The position numbers were made by a program, and so were the translations under genes. Below, piece by piece: positions 49,995 through 59,467 of a stretch of 64,000 nucleotides of DNA. Source of the DNA: Escherichia phage AidaStucki_Bas93; the sequence record PQ850593.1. One strand, given 5' to 3'. The notes under the pieces are model-generated. The model saw nothing but the letters and a program-made list of their open reading frames with translations, was not told where the DNA came from and searched no databases. Numbering within the stretch: position 1 is the first letter of the stretch; each line of letters starts with the position of its first letter.

Positions 49995-52025
49995 TTAACC
50001 TCTATTCAATGAACATTTAGGAGAATTACAATAAACTTGATTCATAGAACCAAGCGTACAACTTTCAGCATCGCGCCACGGAATCTGCTTAAAACACCCT
50101 GAGCAGTAGCCGAGGGTTGACCACATTGCTTTGGTGAAGTCAGTGCTTCGATTTCCGTCGAAGCTGACAACAGTTTTGCGGAGAGCTGTTCGTGATTCAG
50201 GAAACACACCTGCTTTCTCAGCAGGTTCCTCCTTTTTTGGCTTAGTTGAGATTGCAAAAATACTGTTGCTACGTTTCTCAACATAAGCATCAACAACATC
50301 CTCCAGAGTAATGCCTGTCTGTTTCGCTGAGGAAGGTAATACAGTCATACGACCAATCATATCTTCAGTTACACGTAAAGCAAATTCAGGACGACGGGCG
50401 TTTGTTGTATCTGTTGCTTTAATCCAGACATAACCATCTTTGATCGTAGCATTAGATACTTTCTTCTTTATATCTACAGCGCAGACTTTACAGATGTCTT
50501 CACCACGAAGACGACTGAGTTCATCATCAAACTCGTTCTCTGTTTTAACTTCACCACAGATTTCACAAACACCAATAGGAGTTTCCTCCTCTTCTTCATC
50601 TTTAGGCTTAGTCAAACCTTCCAGACATTCAGGGTGCCAGTAGCATTGATATGCGAAGACTGCTTTAGGTGCATCCTTCCAATCAATGTGTTTATCACAA
50701 CCGCCACAATCACCATGAGAATGTGCTTCCCAGAATTTACGAGTGATAGTAACGCCATTCTTGTTGACGAAACTATCATTCATATCAAAAGGGATATCAT
50801 CATCAAAGTCAGCAGTAGTTGACTCAGGCTCCTTTTTCTCCAGAGATGGGTCAACAAAACGACCTGCTGTGATCACTAAACGAACCATAGCATTAACTTC
50901 GGAGATACAGGATACTGTCCCACGGTAAACAATTTTAGGGTCTTTCAGGGCATCCTGATAAGCCTTAATGTCTACGTTATGAACATCACCTTCGATATAC
51001 TCTTGAGATTTCTCATCGTAGATATAACCAATCATCTTACCACGAGAAGGAACAGCACCAGCAGTTGCATAAGGGACAAACTCATGTGGTGTGATCTCCA
51101 CAGTCATGTCGCGGCGAATGTCAATGTTTCGATCGCTTGCGATTTTGTTTTGACTTACCACTGCGTTTCTTCGACGAACGTCTGCCGCTGTCACTCCCGG
51201 CTTCGTGTCGTAAGGATTGCTTGTACTGCTTTTTGAGGAACTTTGATAGTTGCTTTGGCTGTAGTTGTTCGAGTAGTAATTGCCCCAACGATTGATTACC
51301 GTAAAAACCGGAAGCTCGTGGGCGACCTCTTCAACTAGAGTCATGCTGTTGTTTGACACATCAAAGATGTATTCTGTACCAACTTTACATTCAAAGTGCT
51401 CATCAATGCGATTCTTGTGAGACCTAGAACGCTTCAGAATCCACATCAACATATCTTCTTCAGAAGCACCAAACCAATCTCTGTTACAACGTGCAAGATG
51501 GAAAGGACGCTCTTCATTACGGATGATATGAAGACGATTATCAGAAGCATCGTGCCAGATTAAGGTGAAAGCACCATCCAGCTTTTGAATAGTCTCTGCT
51601 GCACCAATAGTGTTAATAGAGTGGCAGATGTTTTCACTGTCTACCTCGAAGTTTTTACTGTCAGGTAACAGGTCTTGGTTCATCAAGGTTCCGTTATGAA
51701 CCAGAGTGATGTTACCGTGTTGGAAAGGATGGGCGTTCTTGGCGTTAACTGCACCTTTCGTTGCATGACGGCTGTGACCAACAATCCATGAAGGTGCTAC
51801 AGTGTAAGCTGTTTCACCAGTGGTGTGCTTCTTGTACTCATCTTTAAGGATGAATGCGAAAGAAGGAAGTGCCTCTTTATAAGTGAAGACCTCTTTAGTG
51901 CTTTTACGCTGACCAAAGATACCAGAGGAGTGCTGTCCTCGGAATACTCCAGCATAAAAGAGTTGGTTAAATATATCTAAATCAGTGCTTGACAGATTAC
52001 CGCCAGCTAATACGATGCCACAAAT
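49995..52025 (-). CDS. Class-II (Ntn) glutamine amidotransferase, about 676 aa, with a Cys-rich C-terminal extension. The start is non-canonical.
   Basis: Catalytic N-terminal segment CGIVLAGGNL ... HSRHATKGAVNAKNAHPF ... HNGTL. Only AAA-ATT separates an in-frame TAG from the Cys codon. SD AGGTGGA lies 7 nt upstream of the ATT. Confidence 0.65.
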   Translation of the reverse strand: MCGIVLAGGNLSSTDLDIFNQLFYAGVFRGQHSSGIFGQRKSTKEVFTYKEALPSFAFILKDEYKKHTTGETAYTVAPSWIVGHSRHATKGAVNAKNAHPFQHGNITLVHNGTLMNQDLLPDSKNFEVDSENICHSINTIGAAETIQKLDGAFTLIWHDASDNRLHIIRNEERPFHLARCNRDWFGASEEDMLMWILKRSRSHKNRIDEHFECKVGTEYIFDVSNNSMTLVEEVAHELPVFTVINRWGNYYSNNYSQSNYQSSSKSSTSNPYDTKPGVTAADVRRRNAVVSQNKIASDRNIDIRRDMTVEITPHEFVPYATAGAVPSRGKMIGYIYDEKSQEYIEGDVHNVDIKAYQDALKDPKIVYRGTVSCISEVNAMVRLVITAGRFVDPSLEKKEPESTTADFDDDIPFDMNDSFVNKNGVTITRKFWEAHSHGDCGGCDKHIDWKDAPKAVFAYQCYWHPECLEGLTKPKDEEEEETPIGVCEICGEVKTENEFDDELSRLRGEDICKVCAVDIKKKVSNATIKDGYVWIKATDTTNARRPEFALRVTEDMIGRMTVLPSSAKQTGITLEDVVDAYVEKRSNSIFAISTKPKKEEPAEKAGVFPESRTALRKTVVSFDGNRSTDFTKAMWSTLGYCSGCFKQIPWRDAESCTLGSMNQVYCNSPKCSLNRG

Positions 52026-52104
52026 TTTCTAATCCACCTGAAGGGTAAACCCTTTCATCTAATTAACCTTTAAATTATGCCCCTTCGTCAGAGGCACCCA
52101 TTGA

Positions 52105-53208
52105 TTACAGCGCTTGCTCTAACTGATTTTCCAGATGATCTGGAATATATCCTGTGATGTTGTTATCACTGTGTCCTGACTCACGTAGCAAGTCAAAAAT
52201 AGCACGGATACGCTGTTCTGATGCAGATCGTACAGTAGATAGGTCAGTTGTACGAAGCATAACCAGAATTTCTTGGTACAAGTTGTTAGCGTTCCCTCGA
52301 ATATACCCAAGGAACCCATAGAAGTCTGGAATAAGACGTAAGTCAACAAGGACTTCTCCGTTGGAGTCGGTTCGACGTAAACGAATACGACCAGACTGCT
52401 CTACTTCATGAGAACGACAATACAAAACATCACGGGCCATACAATACCCTGAATGCAAATCCGATTCGTCCAGATTGTAATCCAGAGGAAGATAAGGAAG
52501 CATTGGGGCAAATCGTACAGTATTTAAATGCTCAATAAACTGGTCATTGCTCATCTCTGCGTTATCTAAAGCCAGCTTCTTCAACATTAAGAAGCGGTTA
52601 ACCAGATTGAGAAGTTGACCACGTTTCCACTTAGGCTCGCTGATACGAAACTCAATTGAGCCGTATTGGGCAAGTGGCAGAAGGTTCAGAGATGTATACT
52701 TATCCCATGAACGAACCAGACGGTTGAAGAACTCTTCACCGTCGTAGTTAAATGCGTCAGAGGCGTTCATTACCTGTGCTTGTACCACTGCGAAAGCAGG
52801 GCAGAAGTTGCTACGGTAACGATGATAGCCTGAACACTTGAACAACATTTTTTCATAGAAGGTCCAAGCGAGGATGGTTTTCTTGAGGATATTACTATCA
52901 GCATCCCTCATATCCATATGAACGTGAGTAGAGCAACGCCAAGTCCCCTCGGCGTGCGATTCAGCTACTGCTTCACTCAGGTTGTTGATAGCGTCTAACA
53001 ACTCCTGTCCATTGTAAGGTCGTGAACATACCATTTCACAACCATTACGCAGGGAACCATCCTCTGTACAATCCCACATATCTGCTTCAATATGGTCGGA
53101 ACCTTCGAGTTCTAGTTCGATACCGATACCGCACTGAAGTGCAATTGAACTATGCGCCTCAGTTAAACGACCTTCTCGGTATCCAAAAGTTTGCGCTACA
53201 GTTGTCAT
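52105..53208 (-). CDS. Amidoligase (GCS2 / glutamine-synthetase-like fold)
   Basis: GIGIELELEG and CSTHVHMDM motifs. Confidence 0.55.
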   Translation of the reverse strand: MTTVAQTFGYREGRLTEAHSSIALQCGIGIELELEGSDHIEADMWDCTEDGSLRNGCEMVCSRPYNGQELLDAINNLSEAVAESHAEGTWRCSTHVHMDMRDADSNILKKTILAWTFYEKMLFKCSGYHRYRSNFCPAFAVVQAQVMNASDAFNYDGEEFFNRLVRSWDKYTSLNLLPLAQYGSIEFRISEPKWKRGQLLNLVNRFLMLKKLALDNAEMSNDQFIEHLNTVRFAPMLPYLPLDYNLDESDLHSGYCMARDVLYCRSHEVEQSGRIRLRRTDSNGEVLVDLRLIPDFYGFLGYIRGNANNLYQEILVMLRTTDLSTVRSASEQRIRAIFDLLRESGHSDNNITGYIPDHLENQLEQAL

Positions 53209-53822
53209 AACGAATCCACCAACGTAATATTATAATTGCTAAGATTTTCAGAGATGTGATGAAAATGTTCCAGAAGTCGCATCGGTTGCTGACCATAAGA
53301 GTCACGAGGTGCTTCTAGATCTACTTGTCCTACCAGTGCACCTTTATAATGCACTTTACCATCTGTAGGATTGATGTAAATGTAACGAGTGACCAATCCA
53401 TCAAACTCTGGATTGAACAAACTGTAAACCATCTCCCCAGAGATAGAACGACCAATCCCAGGAGCATTTCGAATCTTATTACCCATTAAACCCTTTGCTC
53501 TCTGACGAACAGGGTTAATATGAGTCCAGCTCACAGTGTTACCGTTATGGAACAGATAACCAACATCAGGTGATTCAAGAATCAAGGTTGGGTCGAACAC
53601 TGGAATATTCATCACAGTGTTTCGAAGATTCCCATGCTCGTTCTTGTACCACTGCTCTACAACAAAATACAGAGCCTGCTCTGCTTCGTGAGAGAAGTCA
53701 TCGCTGCGGAAGTTACCGCTCTGCTCAACACCAATCACAAAACATGGAAGGTTGATATTACCTGCTCGTTTAGCAATCCATGTACCGTTATAGTAATGAG
53801 AAAAATCAGATACTAAGCTCAC
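53205..53822 (-). CDS. Hypothetical protein in the ligase cluster (205 aa)
   Basis: Translationally coupled within the operon. Confidence 0.3.
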   Translation of the reverse strand: MSLVSDFSHYYNGTWIAKRAGNINLPCFVIGVEQSGNFRSDDFSHEAEQALYFVVEQWYKNEHGNLRNTVMNIPVFDPTLILESPDVGYLFHNGNTVSWTHINPVRQRAKGLMGNKIRNAPGIGRSISGEMVYSLFNPEFDGLVTRYIYINPTDGKVHYKGALVGQVDLEAPRDSYGQQPMRLLEHFHHISENLSNYNITLVDSL

Positions 53823-53831
53823 GATAACCTC

Positions 53832-54638
53832 TTATGCTACCTGAAGGCGTTTAATCTGCTGGTCCGCTTCTTTAACGTTATTACCGTTAATGATTTCATG
53901 AAGCTTCTCAATCGGAAGGCGAGAGTGCAATGCCATCAGAGTGGACATGTCACACTGCTGAACAACCTTGTCAACCTGATCATAAACAAACTTACGGTTT
54001 TCACGATCACTAATCCAGAAGTTAGACAGGGAACGATATTCAATACCATAGTCCTTGTAGCGGATTGCAGATGCTTTACCGTAGAGTTCTTTACGGCGAG
54101 TGTCTTTATCCATAATAACTGCTGGGAGGGATAGGAAGTAGTCACACAGCACACCCAGCATCATCTGAGTTTGCAGGGTGATATCCAAAGCACCAACTAC
54201 GCCAAGATGTACGTGACCACCGGCAGTACGAAGCCCCTTATTTTGAGAAGTCGGGGATGGGTTCTTCTGACCAGTGAAAGCGTTGAAATCAGGAGTACAT
54301 CCAAAGATGAACGCTGATTCATTGAAAGTCTTCATCTCTTCTTCAGTGAAGATGTGAGAGCTAACACCCGGAGCTGTTTCCATGTCCAGTTTGTTCAGGA
54401 CATTATTGGTGAGATCGATACCACGTTGCATGTTGTCATTAAACGCTTCAAAACCACTCTGTGGGTCAATATCAAACTCAGCCAGTACGTTGTCCTCTTG
54501 AAGACGAACATCCTTAGCCAGAGCGATCTTATCGTCCTTAGAACAACCTAACAGACCAGCTACAGAAGTGATGATTCCTTTGCTGGTACGAACGAACATT
54601 TCCGGATCCGATCCTATTAAGAATTTGCGCTTAGTCAT
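53832..54638 (-). CDS. Second amidoligase-like protein (GCS2-like)
   Basis: LIGSDPEMFV and TAGGHVHLGV, analogous to the E-x-E and HVH motifs of the 367-aa amidoligase. Confidence 0.4.
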   Translation of the reverse strand: MTKRKFLIGSDPEMFVRTSKGIITSVAGLLGCSKDDKIALAKDVRLQEDNVLAEFDIDPQSGFEAFNDNMQRGIDLTNNVLNKLDMETAPGVSSHIFTEEEMKTFNESAFIFGCTPDFNAFTGQKNPSPTSQNKGLRTAGGHVHLGVVGALDITLQTQMMLGVLCDYFLSLPAVIMDKDTRRKELYGKASAIRYKDYGIEYRSLSNFWISDRENRKFVYDQVDKVVQQCDMSTLMALHSRLPIEKLHEIINGNNVKEADQQIKRLQVA

Positions 54639-55602
54639 TGTAATACTCCACTAGTTCAGAAAAGAGAGATGAGATTGTGTTACCGATTTCTTCAGGATTA
54701 AGACCAGAATCTATTCCAGTACGCTGAATTATTCGTGCTGTAAAGTTTTGTACTGTAATGTTTTCCAACTTATTATCTATTGCTTCACGTTTGTGACCAT
54801 AACAGTTGGACCAGAGTTTTAACCACTCTGACATTGTTTCATACTCATCTGGATCTTGATCTTTAGCACGAGCAAATCTTCGTAAGACATCTGTGTTGTG
54901 GTTACGAACATAACCATTCTCGTTGTCACCAACACCGAAGGGGTTTTGAACCCATACTTGCTTCGTGTATTCATCAGAGTCAACAACCAAAGGAAGGAAT
55001 GCTGCTGCTGACATATTGTTGTCAATAACAACAGACGTGCTTTCACTACTCCCATTGGAAGCTCCTCGTTGAGACCACCTACCAAAGAAGTCACGACCCA
55101 ACCCAGCTAACAACAGAGCGATGCCAATGCGTTTACGCTTCAGCCACTCTTCCCTGTCTTCAATTCCTTCTGCTAGGAAATCCATTCCACGATACTGCCC
55201 TTCCAAAATGCTACGGAAGAGCATAAGTCCTGTGAAGATTTGATCTGCTGGATGCTCACGGAGGTTGACAGCTACGCTATTCGCTGAAGTGATTGTGAAT
55301 ACATCGCGATAGCAAGACATGGAGTTCATAATATCTGCTGTTTCAACCAAGTTCTTTTCAATATAAGATGCATCATGACCGTGAAAAGAGTGAGTCCAGT
55401 AATTCAGCATCTCCAGTTGCAAGTTGATATCACGGTTGAAGCGTCTATAACGCCCCTCTTCCATGATAACTTCGCCATTAATATCGCTTACACATTGGCC
55501 TTGCATGTAGTTGTGAATACCGAAGCACCCACGACCTAAGAACTTCTGTTCCCCTAAATCTTGTTGAAGATTCAGAGGTACGATCGTTGTGGAGATTGAC
55601 AT
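54631..55602 (-). CDS. Hypothetical protein in the ligase cluster (323 aa)
   Basis: Operon member. No recognisable motif. Confidence 0.3.
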   Translation of the reverse strand: MSISTTIVPLNLQQDLGEQKFLGRGCFGIHNYMQGQCVSDINGEVIMEEGRYRRFNRDINLQLEMLNYWTHSFHGHDASYIEKNLVETADIMNSMSCYRDVFTITSANSVAVNLREHPADQIFTGLMLFRSILEGQYRGMDFLAEGIEDREEWLKRKRIGIALLLAGLGRDFFGRWSQRGASNGSSESTSVVIDNNMSAAAFLPLVVDSDEYTKQVWVQNPFGVGDNENGYVRNHNTDVLRRFARAKDQDPDEYETMSEWLKLWSNCYGHKREAIDNKLENITVQNFTARIIQRTGIDSGLNPEEIGNTISSLFSELVEYYND

Positions 55603-55612
55603 AACTAACCTT

Positions 55613-56809
55613 TTATTTTCCTAAAAATAATCCGCTCATAATACCATCCCACTCAGAGGATGGAATCACTGAATACTCCGAACTTTGGTCCAGAGTTCCA
55701 CTACTAAATCTCTGAACAATGTTATAGATGTTGAACAGGTCTTTAGCCTCAGTACGGATACCGTAGACTAATTTATCAGATGTTCTTTCATCTTTAGATA
55801 CCCGACGAGCAAAATTAACCAGAAGGTTGTCACATTTAAGCGTTTCTGACCCACTCTCTACCAAATCAGGGTGCATCACAGGCAAGAACATCGAGTTATT
55901 GACTCGCAACTCTGCTGTTTCGTCATTCTCATAATGAATCCACTTAAAGTCTTCATCACGGAAGTGACCACAACCGTCTCTGTACGACTGCTGACGCCAA
56001 GGCACTTTAAATGCTTTAGCATACTTATCAGCCATGCCAACTGTAAACAACGACGCTGGGAAGATGCAAGCATCCCAATCATTACCGACCAGAGTTGCTT
56101 TCGTTTCACCCAAGAGGTTAGTATAAGTGCTAATCATTCGGGAATAAATATAAGCCTGAAGGATTGTCCAACCTTCAATCAACCATTTATGAAGGAAGGT
56201 TTCAACTTGACTCTCTTCGTCTTCGCAATAGAAGGTTCGGTCTAGCATTAAATAGAACAGACAACGATCAGCAGGGATGTTCTCAGTTGCTACACCCATA
56301 AAACCTTTCTCGTGCCAGCGTAAACAGGAGGGACGATCTTTGTCCACAAATGCTTCCATAGCTTCCAGTACAGCACGAGGTGAGGTTTGGTATTCAGGGT
56401 TTTTACTATTCCAACGATCAATGTTGTTCTTAGGAGGTGTGTCTTCATCTTCATACGAACACCAACTTAAAGCTTCAGATACGTGCTTTTCATCACACCA
56501 ATGCCTAAAACCTAACATCTTCATGTGAGTTCCGGAGTTCCAGATATGCTTGATTTTACACATATCCATCTCTCGGCTTAACAGGAACTCTTCCCCATCA
56601 GCGCTACGAACGTTAGCTTCTTCATTCCACACTCGAACGTGCATATTCCACCCATAAGTTGCCTCATACGTGTTAGGGTCGAAGTATTCATATTCGTCAT
56701 CATCTTCATCAACGCCACCGTTATAGTTGCGGAGCTGAAGGAATCCATAGCAAGGAGGATAGACCGTTAAAACTCTACCTTCAATATCTTCTAATGTTAC
56801 TGGAAACAT
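55613..56809 (-). CDS. Hypothetical protein in the ligase cluster (398 aa, Trp/Cys-rich)
   Basis: First gene of the block. No recognisable motif. Confidence 0.3.
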   Translation of the reverse strand: MFPVTLEDIEGRVLTVYPPCYGFLQLRNYNGGVDEDDDEYEYFDPNTYEATYGWNMHVRVWNEEANVRSADGEEFLLSREMDMCKIKHIWNSGTHMKMLGFRHWCDEKHVSEALSWCSYEDEDTPPKNNIDRWNSKNPEYQTSPRAVLEAMEAFVDKDRPSCLRWHEKGFMGVATENIPADRCLFYLMLDRTFYCEDEESQVETFLHKWLIEGWTILQAYIYSRMISTYTNLLGETKATLVGNDWDACIFPASLFTVGMADKYAKAFKVPWRQQSYRDGCGHFRDEDFKWIHYENDETAELRVNNSMFLPVMHPDLVESGSETLKCDNLLVNFARRVSKDERTSDKLVYGIRTEAKDLFNIYNIVQRFSSGTLDQSSEYSVIPSSEWDGIMSGLFLGK

Positions 56810-57874
56810 TATACCAACCTCTATTGGTTTTTAATCAACTCAATAGACTTACGGATATAAAGAATATCTCGGAAGTTTCTGTAGTTGTTCATAAATTGAT
56901 GCTTCTGGAACTCAGCTTCTTCCAGAGCTTTCTTTGCGTCTGCATAGCCCTTACGAGCAAGATATACAACACGCTCTGGTAACATGTTTGCACGATGGAT
57001 TAGATACTTGTGAGCTTTCATGTTGCTTTGCTCACGAGCAATCTTACCTTTAGCAACTTTGATACCATTTGCAATCCAAGCAAGTTCTTGCTCAAGCTCA
57101 TCGTTGGACATTCCACCGAGGTTTGATGCAACCTTGTTCAGAGTTTCAATATTAACGTTGCCCTTGATGGGACGTGTATTCATACTTACTCCTGTTGTTT
57201 ACACTCGTCAATAACCCACTGATAAGTGGATTGCCCAGAAAAGAAACACTGAATAAATCCAGACGTTCTCTGCGTTACCAGTGCTAGTGCACAAATCACT
57301 ACCGCTGCTGCTAGCAGTTTTAAATCTAATTTAGACATATTTCCTCTCTTTGAATTTAAAAAAGGACTCTCCGAAAAGAGCCAAGCTTTAAATCCAAAAA
57401 AGATATTACCCAATATCTGTGGATAACCTGCTCTTAAAATATCTATCCGACGGATGTTTGAGGAACACTCCTCGCCCTAGCATCGGCCCCATACGGGAAA
57501 TAAATTAAGATTAGGTTAGTTGAGTCAGAATAACTCACATAGCCTTCTCCGGAAGAAGGCTATAGATGTTACTCGCCTTTCTTAGCACGATCTTTGGCAG
57601 TTTTGCCAGTGCGGATGCGGTGTGAAACGTTAACCAGAGTGCCGCCATCAACTACGGTAACGCTCTTGTTTTTAGCCAGATCAAACACAGCCTTCTCTGT
57701 GCCACCCAAGCGAATTTGCTTAGGCTCACTGAAGGTTTGGGTTGATTTGGATTGGAACTGGAACGGTTGACGGATTGCATCAATTGCACTTACTTTAGAC
57801 ATAGGGGAAATTCCTTAAAAAGTCATGGCTGCGTAGAGGGAATTCCCTACGCAAATTGGGCCGCCTAAAAAGAG

Positions 57875-57892
57875 GCGTCATAGTACTAAAAG
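57875..57892. promoter_or_regulatory. Copy 1 of a conserved 18-nt motif GCGTCATAGTACTAAAAG (copy 2 at 61926-61943). Possible early or middle promoter or operator.
   Basis: Identical 18-mer at both sites. Each copy is preceded by AAAGAG and flanked by a hairpin, and both sit in intergenic stretches of the early region. Confidence 0.25.
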
Positions 57893-58356
57893 GAGGAGAG
57901 AAGAGGGCTTATTTAGCTACCTTTTTCTGACCATTTACGAACCAGATAATTGTGCCATCAGGCTGCCGTTGACCGAAGCCTTTAATAGTTAGCATGTCTT
58001 CCGAAAACTCTTTAAAAGTAATCATTTACTTATCCTTACATTAGAGTTAATATGATCTCTGCTTTGGCAAACTTCTCACCAACTTCGAGAGTATCAGCAA
58101 TCCTACTCCTGAACCACAGACATACGAATCATTTCCACCGGAGTGTCACCCTTCATAACACCCAGCACACCAGACATAAGGTTAACTGTGGTAATCCAGT
58201 CTTTTTCTACAGAGATTTTGCTGGACACATTGGCAACACGCATATAATACTGAGGTGATGCTGAACCTCGCTGGACTACGAAAGGATTTCCGGGGATGAT
58301 AGTATCCAGCGGATGTGTGTTATCTTTAATCTTAGGGATAATTTTCATCTTGATTC

Positions 58357-58668
58357 CTATTTAAGTTTGAGGCTGATATTAAGGTGCATACACGCCCTGT
58401 TCTGTACAGCGGCATAACTTCTGCCGAGCATGTCTGCCATTCTCTGAATAGGCATGAACCCAGCATTACGAATAACAAACTGATCTTCTTCTTCCGTCCA
58501 CTTGACACGAAGAGTAGCTCTGGAAATTTTGAACTTGGTACAGGCTGTGTTAACAGCATTCTCTGTAACATTCATAATCTGAGCAACCTCTTGAACCGAG
58601 TACTCTTTGATCAGTCTCCGAAGATTTTCAATCTGCATCGGAGTCCATATAGTTCTTCGTGCTTTCAT
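58357..58668 (-). CDS. DNA-binding protein with two Myb/SANT-like HTH repeats
   Basis: W ... SVQEVAQIMNVTENAVNTACTKF and WTEEEDQFVIRNAGFMPIQRMADMLGRSYAAVQNRA. Confidence 0.4.
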   Translation of the reverse strand: MKARRTIWTPMQIENLRRLIKEYSVQEVAQIMNVTENAVNTACTKFKISRATLRVKWTEEEDQFVIRNAGFMPIQRMADMLGRSYAAVQNRACMHLNISLKLK

Positions 58669-59162
58669 ATACCCTCCAATTAAACATTTATATAAGACTT
58701 GCTTAGATAAAGATTCAATAAAATAGGGGGAGGGGACGAATCCTCCCTTATCCTATTAATTAGTATTGCATGTAAGATCTAACAATCGGTTTCCTTTGTA
58801 GGAATAAGCGTTATGCTCATCCAGCACTAAACTCCCGCCCCCTTAGTGGGCTGGGTTATTAAAGGGTAACGCCCTTATGGGCTAGTTACGTGAATGTTAG
58901 TTTGATAGGAGATCTGAAGTCCTATCTCAAAGGACTCTCGTAAGAATCCTTCACGATAAGCTCTTAATATACTAATCCGTGTAAGAGAAACACTCTCTTA
59001 GTTAACTCTGCTTTAGCTCTGTAATAAGCCGTAGAACCTAACAGGCGGCTCTTAACAAAGAACTTGATGTCATTGCTTACGTCTTGTATTAAACGCTCCT
59101 GTACAGCTTCTGAGGAGCTATTAATTGAATCAATTAACACCTTTGTAGATGTGTAATTCACA

Positions 59163-59444
59163 TCACCACTCCTTACCGGTTGTAGTTGTAGAGCCACCAC
59201 ACCACTGTGCATTAGATAAGGTTTTAGTCTCCTCATCCATTGCTGCACCATTCATGCATGAGATACCATTGTAACGCATATCAATTTCGCCAGAAGGAAC
59301 CTTCTCACCTTTATGCCAGCGAGATACACAAATACCTTCCACTGCTACTGCACACCATCCATCAGGACGGCTCTGTACACAGCCTGTAAGGGCCACACAG
59401 ACAAGGAAGATACAGATTAAGGATATTACACCACCCCAACTCAT
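59163..59444 (-). CDS. Small Cys-rich lipoprotein (start trimmed to MSWGGVISLI ... LTGC)
   Basis: RBS GGAGGTG before the ATG. Signal peptide plus lipobox LTGC. The longer tool ORF reads through the upstream RNA structure. Confidence 0.5.
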   Translation of the reverse strand: MSWGGVISLICIFLVCVALTGCVQSRPDGWCAVAVEGICVSRWHKGEKVPSGEIDMRYNGISCMNGAAMDEETKTLSNAQWCGGSTTTTGKEW

Positions 59445-59467
59445 AACACACCTCCAAGAGCTTCTAG

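Noticed and set aside
47430-56809. Interpreting the ligase cluster as a thymidine-hypermodification pathway for DNA
   Set aside because: The window has no dUMP hydroxymethylase (ThyA-like) gene, no 5-hmdU DNA kinase and no base-pyrophosphorylase-like gene. The thymidylate synthase present is ThyX, which makes ordinary dTMP. The idea is kept only as a low-probability alternative.
57186-57413. Holin assignment for the 75-aa TMD protein
   Set aside because: It has a single hydrophobic helix, is far from the endolysin and has no dual-start motif. The evidence is insufficient, so it is left as a hypothetical membrane protein.
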